A stretch of 16,181 nucleotides of DNA, taken from the NCBI GenBank assembly GCA_033551855.1, contig JAWSUI010000075.1:1-16181 (forward strand), written 5' to 3'. Source of the stretch: Deferrisomatales bacterium (lineage in GTDB: Bacteria; Desulfobacterota; Deferrisomatia; Deferrisomatales; JACRMM01). Position 1 is the first letter of the stretch. The number at the start of each line of letters is the position of its first letter. Below the pieces are notes generated by a model. It was not told where the DNA came from, made no database searches, and was given only the letters and a program-made list of their open reading frames with translations. Position numbers and translations under genes: made by a program. Of the stretch, positions 9,715-16,181 are shown one piece after another.

Positions 9715-9869
9715 CGGGGCCGGGGAGCATTGGAGCGCAGCCCCGTACCGCCTCGACCGGCCGGCCGAAGCCGGCGCAAGCGGGTGAAGCCCGGCCCACC
9801 GGGGCCTGCGGGGGCGCCCCTTCGAATGGCCGCGGATGGCGGGGCGCGGCAAAGGGGCTCCCCGCCCCG
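9715..9869 (+). repeat. ~155-bp palindromic intergenic element, copy A (full length)
   Basis: Terminal inverted arms CGGGGCCGGGGAGC / GCTCCCCGCCCCG. Colinear with the reverse complement of 15469-15624 (about 110/156 identical by hand) and with 15674-15790 (about 88/117). Confidence 0.85.
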
Positions 9870-9908
9870 GGCACGTGTCCGTCGGGGAGTCCCGGCGGCA
9901 GCCGGCCG

Positions 9909-9936
9909 TTGACACCGCCGGGGGCCGCGGTACCTT
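9909..9936 (+). promoter_or_regulatory. Putative sigma-70 promoter of the alpha/beta hydrolase gene
   Basis: TTGACA (9909-9914), 16 bp, TACCTT (9931-9936), about 40 bp upstream of the start. Confidence 0.55.
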
Positions 9937-9973
9937 GGGAGCCCCTCTTTCCCCGATTCCGTGAGGCTTCGCC

Positions 9974-10720
9974 GTGGACATGACGAAGGAAGGGGACGGC
10001 CCGCCGGTACTGCTCCTGCCCGGTCTCGGGTGCGACGACCGGCTCTGGGCTGCCGTGGGATCCCGCCTGCGGGAGCGGTTCACCGTCCTCTACCCCCACA
10101 CCTGGGGCCGGAGCAGCCTCAGCGACACCGCGGGGGAGTTGGCCGAGCTGGTGGACCGGGAGGCGGGCGGGATCGCCGGGGTCGCGGGCTTGTCGATGGG
10201 CGGGTACCTCGCCCTGGAGCTCCTTCGCACCGCGCCGGAGAAGGTTCGCGCCCTCGCCCTGGTGGACACCACGGCCTTCCCGGACGACCCGGAACGGGTG
10301 GAGACCCGCCGCCGGGTGCTCCGGCTCCTCGGGGAGGGCCGCTTCCCCGAGGTCCTCGGCGCCTTCGCCGCCAGCGTCCTCGCTCCGTCTCGCGCCGCAG
10401 AGGGACCCGTCCTGGACCTGGTGCTGGACATGGGCCGTGCCCTGGGGCCCGGGGTCTTCGCCGCCGGCGTGGAGGCCATCCTCCAGCGGGCGCCCTTCGA
10501 GGACGTCCTCCGGCTGATTCGGGTGCCCACCCTGGTGCTGTGCGGGGCCCACGACACCCTGACCCCGCCCGACGTAGCCCGCCGCATGGCGGCGCAGGTA
10601 CCCGGAGCCCGGCTGGAGATCGTGCCCGACGCCGGTCACCTGACCCCCCTCGAGAACCCCGAGGCCGTGGCCACGGCGCTTGCCGCCCTCTTCGGCGGCG
10701 TCTGGGGCGGGCGGGGGTGA
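9974..10720 (+). CDS. Alpha/beta fold hydrolase (PcaD/MhpC-like superfamily)
   Basis: 248 aa with LLLPGL oxyanion segment, nucleophile elbow GLSMGG, acid GAHD and catalytic His in AGHL. Start is GTG 9974 or ATG 9980. Confidence 0.9.
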   Translation: MDMTKEGDGPPVLLLPGLGCDDRLWAAVGSRLRERFTVLYPHTWGRSSLSDTAGELAELVDREAGGIAGVAGLSMGGYLALELLRTAPEKVRALALVDTTAFPDDPERVETRRRVLRLLGEGRFPEVLGAFAASVLAPSRAAEGPVLDLVLDMGRALGPGVFAAGVEAILQRAPFEDVLRLIRVPTLVLCGAHDTLTPPDVARRMAAQVPGARLEIVPDAGHLTPLENPEAVATALAALFGGVWGGRG

Positions 10721-10723
10721 GGG

Positions 10724-10780
10724 GCGGGGTCCGGGGAGCCGAGGATTGCGGGGCGGAACGCAGGGGCTCCCGGACTCCGC
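10724..10780 (+). repeat. Internally deleted copy B (57 bp) of the ~155-bp palindromic element
   Basis: Keeps both terminal arms (GCGGGGTCCGGGGAGCC ... GGCTCCCGGACTCCGC). 10743-10781 matches the reverse complement of 15467-15505 at 36/39. Confidence 0.85.
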
Positions 10781-10804
10781 TCGCCACCCGGGTGCTGGAT
10801 CGCG

Positions 10805-10837
10805 AGCGTCACGCAAACTGTCAGCGTCACGCAAACT
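10805..10837. repeat. Perfect 15-bp direct repeat (period 18) abutting the rpsT -35 box
   Basis: AGCGTCACGCAAACT at 10805-10819 and 10823-10837. Confidence 0.85.
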
Positions 10838-10866
10838 TGACAGGCCCGGGCCGGGGGTGATACAAG
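10837..10866 (+). promoter_or_regulatory. Putative sigma-70 promoter of rpsT
   Basis: TTGACA at 10837-10842, then TG-n-TACAAG at 10858-10866 (18-bp spacer, extended -10-like). Confidence 0.55.
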
Positions 10867-10911
10867 CTCGCTTTCCGAGTTTTCGAGCTCTGACGAACCG
10901 GGAGGTCCACC

Positions 10912-11178
10912 TTGGCGAATCACAAGTCCGCCCTGAAGAAGATCCGACAGGATGAGAAGCGCCGCCTTCGAAACAAGGCGGTTCGCACCCGTTACCGCAA
11001 CCTGCTCAAGGCGGTCCGCTCGGCCATCGAGTCCCAGGACGCCGCCCAGGCCGAGACCGCCCTCCGGGCGGCGGGCCCGTATCTGCAGCAGGCAGCGGCG
11101 AAGAACGTCATCCACCGGAACAAGGCCGCGCGCCACATCTCCCGGCTGACCCGCCAGGTGGAGGCCCTCAAGGCCTGA
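10912..11178 (+). CDS. rpsT: 30S ribosomal protein S20
   Basis: 88 aa, MANHKSALKKIRQ...IHRNKAARHISRL. TTG start with GGAGG at 10901-10905. Confidence 0.98.
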   Translation: MANHKSALKKIRQDEKRRLRNKAVRTRYRNLLKAVRSAIESQDAAQAETALRAAGPYLQQAAAKNVIHRNKAARHISRLTRQVEALKA

Positions 11179-11193
11179 CCGGCGCCCTCCCCT

Positions 11194-12195
11194 TCACGGC
11201 CCCCGCGCGCCCCGTCCCCGGACGGGGCGCGTCTCGTTGGGGCCCCGAGCCACCTCGAGCACGAGGGCTTCCAGCACCTCGTCCCCCGCGCCGGTCTTGA
11301 GGGCGAGATCCGCCCGCACGAGACGGCGGAAGACCTCCCGCAGCTCGTCCTCCTGCCACCCTCGGGCCTGCCGCAGCACGTTCTCCGCGGCGAAGGGGGG
11401 AACCCCCAGGGCCGACGCCGCGGCCCGGGGGTCGGGACGCCCGCCCTTCCCCAGGAGCTCCCGTCCGATCCAGAGGTGGCGAAAGTGGCGGACGACCATG
11501 AAGAGGAGCCGCGGCGCCGGTTCCCCGAGCTGCAGCAGTCGGCGCAGGCCCCGCAGGGCTCCGGCCAGGTCCCGCCCCCCCAGGGCGTCGCAGAAGGCGA
11601 ACACCGTGGTGGCCCGGGTCTCCCCCACCAGGGCCTCCACGTCCTCCGCCGTCAGCCGCCCCCCCTCCCCGGCGAAGACCCGCAGCTTCTCGATCTCGCG
11701 GCTCAGGAGCTGGAGGTCGGGCCCCACCCGCAGCATGAGGGCCTCCAGGACGGGGCCCTCCACCCGCAGGCCCGCCTCTGCGGCGAGCCGGCGGGCCCAC
11801 CCCGGCAGATCGCGCTCCCGAGGGCGCGAGCACTCCACGACCCGCGCCGTTCGCAGGAGCGCCTTCGTCGAGGCCAGCCGCTTGTCGAGCTGGGATGCCA
11901 GGAGGACCAGGCAGGTGGTGAGGCTGGGGGACTCGAGGTAGGGGAGCAGCGCCTTCCACTGGTCTGCCGACCAGCGGTCCGCGGCCTTGACGACCACCAG
12001 CCGGCGGGTGCCCAGGAACGGCAGGGTGCGGGCCGCGTTGCGCACCTCCCCCGGGCTCGCGCCGGGGGCTTCGAACACCTGGGAATTCAGGCCCGGGTCC
12101 CCGCCCGCCAGCGCCTCGGCGCGCACCTCGGCCAGCTCGCGGTCGACGAGGAACGACTCCTCCCCCCAGATGCAGACCACGGGCGCCGCCTTCAC
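11194..12195 (-). CDS. holA: DNA polymerase III subunit delta
   Basis: Start re-called at GTG 12195, overlapping the lptE TGA (GTGA); 333 aa. Motifs IWGEESFL, TLPFLGTRRLVVV, EIEKL and DLALKTG. leuS-lptE-holA synteny. Confidence 0.93.
   Translation of the reverse strand: MKAAPVVCIWGEESFLVDRELAEVRAEALAGGDPGLNSQVFEAPGASPGEVRNAARTLPFLGTRRLVVVKAADRWSADQWKALLPYLESPSLTTCLVLLASQLDKRLASTKALLRTARVVECSRPRERDLPGWARRLAAEAGLRVEGPVLEALMLRVGPDLQLLSREIEKLRVFAGEGGRLTAEDVEALVGETRATTVFAFCDALGGRDLAGALRGLRRLLQLGEPAPRLLFMVVRHFRHLWIGRELLGKGGRPDPRAAASALGVPPFAAENVLRQARGWQEDELREVFRRLVRADLALKTGAGDEVLEALVLEVARGPNETRPVRGRGARGP
11206..11237 (+). terminator. GC-rich hairpin downstream of rpsT (probable terminator, overlaps holA 3' end)
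   Basis: 11-bp perfect stem CGCGCCCCGTC / GACGGGGCGCG with a 4-nt loop, followed only by a weak T tract (TCTCGTT). Confidence 0.5.
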
Positions 12196-12752
12196 GACCC
12201 AGCCCCCAGCACCAGGCTTGCCCGGCGCAGGACCTCCCGGGCAAGGTCCCCGGCGAGAAGCGCCTGGGCCCTCTCCTTGTTGGTCTGGGTTTCGTTGATG
12301 CTGAGGCCGGCCGGGAACTCCCGGTCCGCCCGGATGCCGCTTCCCCGCCAGAGCACCTCCCCCGCCGGCGACGACAGGGTCGCCGTCACCTCCGCCGTCA
12401 GAAGGTACTCCCGCACCAGGTCCCCGGCGACGAAGGCGACCCCCGCCTCCCACACCCGGTCCAGGCGCACCGTCAGGTGCACGTCGGCCCCGCGGCGCCG
12501 GGCCACGGACACGTCCCCCCGGTCCACCGCCTGGCGGTTGAGCTCCGCGGCGAGGGTCGCCCCGAAGAGGGGAACGTCCCCCGCGTCCGCCACCGGGGCG
12601 ATCCACAGGGCCCTGGACGGGGCCCCGTGGCCCACCAGCCGGTAGCCGCAGCCCGCCCCCAGGGCCGAGACCAGGCAGAGGAGGAGCAGGAGGGGGAGGC
12701 GGCGGGCACCCCGGGGGCGCTCCCCCGGGCACCCGCGTCCCCGGCAATCCAC
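12192..12752 (-). CDS. lptE: LPS assembly lipoprotein LptE
   Basis: C-terminal part of the 12192..15410 frame: hydrophobic signal LPLLLLLCLVSA, lipobox LGAG-C and GCGYRL. Lies between leuS and holA. Start (GTG overlapping the leuS stop) is uncertain. Confidence 0.8.
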   Translation of the reverse strand: MDCRGRGCPGERPRGARRLPLLLLLCLVSALGAGCGYRLVGHGAPSRALWIAPVADAGDVPLFGATLAAELNRQAVDRGDVSVARRRGADVHLTVRLDRVWEAGVAFVAGDLVREYLLTAEVTATLSSPAGEVLWRGSGIRADREFPAGLSINETQTNKERAQALLAGDLAREVLRRASLVLGAGS

Positions 12753-15319
12753 TACCTCACCACCAGGTTCAGGAGCCGTCCCGGCACGTAGACGGCCTTG
12801 ACCAGGGTCCTGCCCTCCAGGTGCCGGGCCACGTTCTCGTCGGCCAGGGCGGCCTCCCGCACGGCGTCTTCGGGGGCGTCCACGGGGACCTCGACCCTCC
12901 CCCGCACCTTCCCGCTCACCTGCACGACGATGAGCAGCGCCTCCTTGCGCAGCGCCGCCTCGTCCCAGGCCGGCCAGGGCGTGTCGGCCAGGGGCGTACG
13001 GTGGCCGAGGGCCTCCCAGAGCTCTTCGGCCACGTGGGGCACCATCGGGGCCAGGAGCCGGAGCAGGGCGTCCACCGCCTCCCGGCACACCGCCCGGCCC
13101 GGGGCGTCCCGGGGCTCGAAGGACCCCAGCTCGTTCACGAGCTCCATCGCCGCTGCGATGGCGGTGTTGAAGTGGAAGCGGTCCTCGATGTTCTCCGTGA
13201 CCCGCTTCACCGTCTCGTGCACCTTGCGCCGCAGGGCCGCCGCGGGCCCGTCGAGCTCGCCCCCGCCGAAGGCCGGGGTCGCCGCCAGCCAGTCGCGGCT
13301 CTCGGCCACCAGGCGCCACACCCGCCGGAGGAACCGGGAGGCGCCCTCCACCCCCTCCTCGTTCCAGTCCAGGTCCTTCTCCGGGGGCGCCGCGAAGAGG
13401 CTGAACAGCCGCGCCGTGTCCGCCCCGTAGGTGCGCACCAGGTGCTCCGGGTCCACCACGTTCTTCTTGGACTTGGACATCTTCTCCGTGCGGCCCCGCT
13501 CCACCGGCGCCCCGCACGTGCCGCAGGCCGACCCCGAGACCTCCTCCGGCAGGAGCCACCCGTGGGTCGGGCACCGCTGGGTCTCCTTGCACACCATGCC
13601 CTGGGTCAGGAGGTTGGTGAAGGGCTCGTCCACCGCGGCGACCCCCAGGTCGCGCAGCACCTTGGTGTAGAAGCGCGAGTAGAGCAGGTGGAGCACCGCG
13701 TGCTCGATGCCCCCGATGTACTGGTCCACCGGCATCCAGTGCTCGGTGCGGGCCCGGTCGAGCATGCCCCCGTCGAAGTCCGGGCAGGCGTACCGGGCGA
13801 AGTACCAGGAGCTCTCCACGAAGGTGTCCATGGTGTCGGTCTCCCGCCGCGCAGGCCCTCCGCACGCAGGGCAGGAGGTCTCGTAGAAGGAGGGGATCTC
13901 CGCCAGGCCCGGCACCTTTTCCTTGCCGAAGTCCACGTCCTCGGGGAGCGTCACCGGGAGGTCGCCCTCCGGCACCGGCACCACCCCGCAGGCGTCGCAG
14001 TGGACCACCGGGATCGGCGCCCCCCAGTAGCGCTGGCGCGAGATGCCCCAGTCCCTCAGCCGGTAGTTCACCGTACCCCGGCCCCAGCCGCGCTCCTCCA
14101 GGTGCGCGACCACCTTGGCCATCCCGGCGGTGTTCGGCTCCCCGTCGAAGGGCCCGGAGCCCGCCATCCGGCCCTCCCCCTCGTAGGCCTCCCCCAGGGT
14201 CGCCCCATCCAGGTCCCCCCCGGGGGGCTGGATCACCACCTTCACCGGGAGCCCGTACTTGCGCGCGAACTCGAAGTCGCGCTGGTCGTGGGCGGGCACG
14301 GCCATCACCGCGCCCGTGCCGTACTCGAGGAGCACGAAGTTCGCGACGAAGATCGGCACCCGGTCGCCGGTGAGCCGGTTCACGCAGTAGGCGCCCGTGA
14401 AGACCCCCTCCTTCTCGTAGTCCTCCGAGGACCGCTTGGCCTTGTCCTCGCGGCGCACCCGGTCCACGAAGGCGAGCACCTCCGCTTCGCGCTCCCCTCC
14501 CCGGACGAGCTCCGGCACGAGGGGATGCTCGGGGGCGAGGCTCATGAAAGTCACCCCGTAGAGGGTGTCGGGCCGGGTAGTGAAGACCCGGATCGCGCCC
14601 TCCCGGTCCGCCAGGGGGAACTCCACCTCGGCGCCGTGGGACTTGCCGATCCAGTTGCGCTGCATGGTGAGGACCTGGGGCGGCCACCCCGGCAGGTTCT
14701 CGGTCCACCCCAGGAGCTCGTCGGCGTACTTCGTGATGCGGAAGAACCACCCCCAGAGCTCCTTCTCCCCCACCTCGGTGCCGCACCGCCAGCACTGGCC
14801 CTGCTCCACCTGCTCGTTGGCGAGCACGGTCTCGCAGGACCCACACCAGTTCACCGCCTGCTGCCTGCGGTAGGCCAGGCCTGCCTCGAGCATCTTGAGG
14901 AAGAGCCACTGCTCCCACCGGTAGTAGGAGGGGTCGCAGGTGGCGAGCTCGCGGCTCCAGTCGTAGGAGAACCCCATGCGCTGGAGCTGGCTGCGCATGT
15001 AGGCGATGTTCTCCCGGGTCCACTTGGCCGGATGGACCCCGTGCTGGATCGCGGCGTTCTCGGCCGGCATGCCGAAGGCGTCCCAGCCCATGGGGTGCAG
15101 GACCTGGAACCCGCGCATCCTCTTGTAACGGGCCACCACGTCGCCGATGGTGTAGTTGCGCACGTGCCCCATGTGGATCCGCCCCGAGGGGTACGGGAAC
15201 ATCTCGAGCACGTAGTACTTGGGCCGCCCCGAGTCCTCCCCCACCTGGAAGGTCCTCTGCTCGGCCCACCGGCGCTGCCACTTCTCCTCGATCTCCTGGG
15301 GCCTGTACTTGGGGTCCAT
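12752..15319 (-). CDS. leuS: Leucine--tRNA ligase
   Basis: Start re-called at ATG 15319 ([11 protein letters not shown], 855 aa) with an AAGGAG RBS. MFPYPSG-HMGH, editing-domain TTRPDT and [26 protein letters not shown] and KMSKSK. Confidence 0.98.
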   Translation of the reverse strand: MDPKYRPQEIEEKWQRRWAEQRTFQVGEDSGRPKYYVLEMFPYPSGRIHMGHVRNYTIGDVVARYKRMRGFQVLHPMGWDAFGMPAENAAIQHGVHPAKWTRENIAYMRSQLQRMGFSYDWSRELATCDPSYYRWEQWLFLKMLEAGLAYRRQQAVNWCGSCETVLANEQVEQGQCWRCGTEVGEKELWGWFFRITKYADELLGWTENLPGWPPQVLTMQRNWIGKSHGAEVEFPLADREGAIRVFTTRPDTLYGVTFMSLAPEHPLVPELVRGGEREAEVLAFVDRVRREDKAKRSSEDYEKEGVFTGAYCVNRLTGDRVPIFVANFVLLEYGTGAVMAVPAHDQRDFEFARKYGLPVKVVIQPPGGDLDGATLGEAYEGEGRMAGSGPFDGEPNTAGMAKVVAHLEERGWGRGTVNYRLRDWGISRQRYWGAPIPVVHCDACGVVPVPEGDLPVTLPEDVDFGKEKVPGLAEIPSFYETSCPACGGPARRETDTMDTFVESSWYFARYACPDFDGGMLDRARTEHWMPVDQYIGGIEHAVLHLLYSRFYTKVLRDLGVAAVDEPFTNLLTQGMVCKETQRCPTHGWLLPEEVSGSACGTCGAPVERGRTEKMSKSKKNVVDPEHLVRTYGADTARLFSLFAAPPEKDLDWNEEGVEGASRFLRRVWRLVAESRDWLAATPAFGGGELDGPAAALRRKVHETVKRVTENIEDRFHFNTAIAAAMELVNELGSFEPRDAPGRAVCREAVDALLRLLAPMVPHVAEELWEALGHRTPLADTPWPAWDEAALRKEALLIVVQVSGKVRGRVEVPVDAPEDAVREAALADENVARHLEGRTLVKAVYVPGRLLNLVVR

Positions 15320-15398
15320 CGACGCGCTCCTTGCCGCACGAGCCGCGGGGTCGCCGGAACCCGGAAACCCGCGGGAATGCCCGAAAAACCGAGCCGGG

Positions 15399-15427
15399 AC
15401 GGTAGCACACGGCCCGACGCGATTCAA
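15399..15427 (-). promoter_or_regulatory. Putative sigma-70 promoter of leuS-lptE-holA
   Basis: Minus strand TTGAAT (15427-15422), 17 bp ending in TGC, then TACCGT (15404-15399): an extended -10 pattern about 80 bp upstream of leuS. Confidence 0.55.
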
Positions 15428-15467
15428 GGACGGCCCTGCCGTCATGGATCCCCCGTCTAGGAGGAAA

Positions 15468-15625
15468 GCGGGGTCCGGGAGCCCCTGCGCTTCGCCCCGC
15501 AATCCGCGATCATTGGAAGACGGGCTCCTCGCGGAACCGGTACGGCTGGCTTCACCGGTTTCCATCGGCCGAAGGGAATCGGTCGAAGCGGTGCGGGGCT
15601 ACGCTCCGAGGCTCCCGGATCCCGC
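15468..15625 (-). repeat. ~155-bp palindromic intergenic element, copy C (full length, inverted relative to A)
   Basis: 16-bp terminal inverted arms GCGGGGTCCGGGAGCC (15468-15483) / GGCTCCCGGATCCCGC (15610-15625) with 1 mismatch, plus inner arms GCCCCGCA / TGCGGGGC. About 70% identical to copy A. Confidence 0.85.
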
Positions 15626-15673
15626 CCCAGAATTGAGTGGTGGATACTGGCCGTCCCGGAACCCACATCGAGG

Positions 15674-15790
15674 GTCGGAGTCCACGGGCCCAGGGGTGCA
15701 GCCCCGCACCGCATCCACCGACCCGACGAGCCCAGCGCAAGCGGGTGACGCCCGGCGCACCGGGACCTGCTGGGACACTCCTTCAAAGGG
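15674..15790 (+). repeat. Truncated copy D of the ~155-bp palindromic element
   Basis: Ungapped match to 9713-9829 (about 88/117), e.g. GCGCAAGCGGGTGA(A/C)GCCCGGC(C/G)CACCGGG. Ends 4 bp before the stop codon at 15795. Confidence 0.85.
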
Positions 15791-15794
15791 CTCT

Positions 15795-16133
15795 CTACTC
15801 CCAGAGCCTCCGAAGCCCCCAGTCGAGCCCGAAAAGCAGCACCGAGAGGGCCAGGAGGGGACCCGAGGCCCAGACCTCCTCCACCCTCCGGCCCACCACC
15901 TCCACCTGGCTGCGCCCCTTCTCGGCCAGGAGCTCCACCAGGCCCGAGCTCCCCACCGGAAAGGTCCGGCCCCCGGACCGGGCGGCGAGGCCCTCCAGGT
16001 ACTCCCGGTCCACCCCCGGGCGCAGGCCCTCCGGGCTCTCCCCCTCCACGGGGAGCTCCAACGCGTCCCGCCCCAGAAAGGCCCCGTCCCGCTCGGCGGA
16101 GACCTCGACCCGCCACAGCCCCCGGCCCCAGGT
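15795..16133 (-). pseudogene. 3' fragment of a membrane-anchored protein gene (C-terminus resembles vWA/GATase-domain membrane proteins), cut at an AT-rich junction
   Basis: The frame is open from 16133 (TWGRGLWRVEVSAERDGAFLGRDALELPV...YLEGLAARSGGR...LLALSVLLFGLDWGLRRLWE*), with a C-terminal TM helix and a (D/E)WxxRR tail. There is no convincing RBS/start and an in-frame TAA at 16134-16136 where composition switches. May be an intact gene broken by assembly. Confidence 0.55.
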
Positions 16134-16181
16134 TTAAAATACGAGGTACATTGGCAAATGTTTCAACATTATTAATCGAAG
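16133..16181. other. AT-rich foreign or chimeric segment at the window end
   Basis: 14/49 G+C (about 29%) versus roughly 70% in the rest of the window, with a sharp boundary. Confidence 0.7.

Noticed and set aside
9477..9779. 101-aa N-terminal extension of the sigma-54 activator
   Set aside because: Low-complexity sequence starting inside repeat copy A. A strong GAGGAGG RBS supports ATG 9476.
9715..9869. tRNA or known riboswitch identity for the palindromic element
   Set aside because: No cloverleaf with T-loop and CCA end, and no riboswitch consensus I can recognise. Copies occur in both orientations and at both 5' and 3' gene ends. An Rfam search is still needed.
12196..12747. N-terminal extension of HolA (517-aa ORF)
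   Set aside because: Gly/Pro-rich alternative frame of lptE. The HolA fold begins at GTG 12195.
12192..15460. 1072-aa minus ORF and 879-aa plus ORF overlapping leuS
   Set aside because: Shadow frames of leuS. Only the last ~186 codons of the 1072-aa frame are real (lptE).
15320..15565. 82-aa N-terminal extension of LeuS
   Set aside because: A good RBS precedes ATG 15319, which matches normal LeuS N-termini. The extension crosses the predicted promoter and repeat copy C.
15320..15625. T-box riboswitch upstream of leuS
   Set aside because: No T-box consensus (AAGGTGGNACC-like) or U-tailed terminator was seen on the minus strand. The structured region is a repeat also found at unrelated loci and lies upstream of the predicted promoter.
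16131..16181. CRISPR repeat start (GTTTAAAAT... / GTTTCAAC...)
   Set aside because: The two GTTT motifs diverge after a few bases and there is no repeat-spacer periodicity in the available sequence.

Overview
High-GC (roughly 70%) bacterial DNA. The gene order and sigma-54 regulation suggest a deltaproteobacterial/Desulfobacterota-like anaerobe (inference). Left half, minus strand: a PAS-AAA+-HTH sigma-54 activator precedes a -24/-12 promoter and a compact operon of TRAP transporter (dctP-dctQ-dctM), feruloyl-CoA-synthetase-like ligase, flavin-reductase-like protein, acyl-CoA dehydrogenase and MBL-fold hydrolase. A GTAG-type palindromic repeat cluster follows, then the first 10 codons of a probable [2Fe-2S] subunit of a molybdenum hydroxylase/reductase. 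This looks like a CoA-dependent aromatic or phenylpropanoid acid catabolic locus. Right half: an alpha/beta hydrolase and rpsT (+) converge on the housekeeping leuS-lptE-holA operon (-). The window ends with the 3' part of a membrane-anchored protein gene cut by an abrupt 49-nt AT-rich stretch. The most notable non-coding signal is a ~155-bp long-palindromic intergenic element present four times within 6 kb (two full copies, one truncated, one internally deleted), colinear at about 70-75% identity. All alignments and counts were done by hand.
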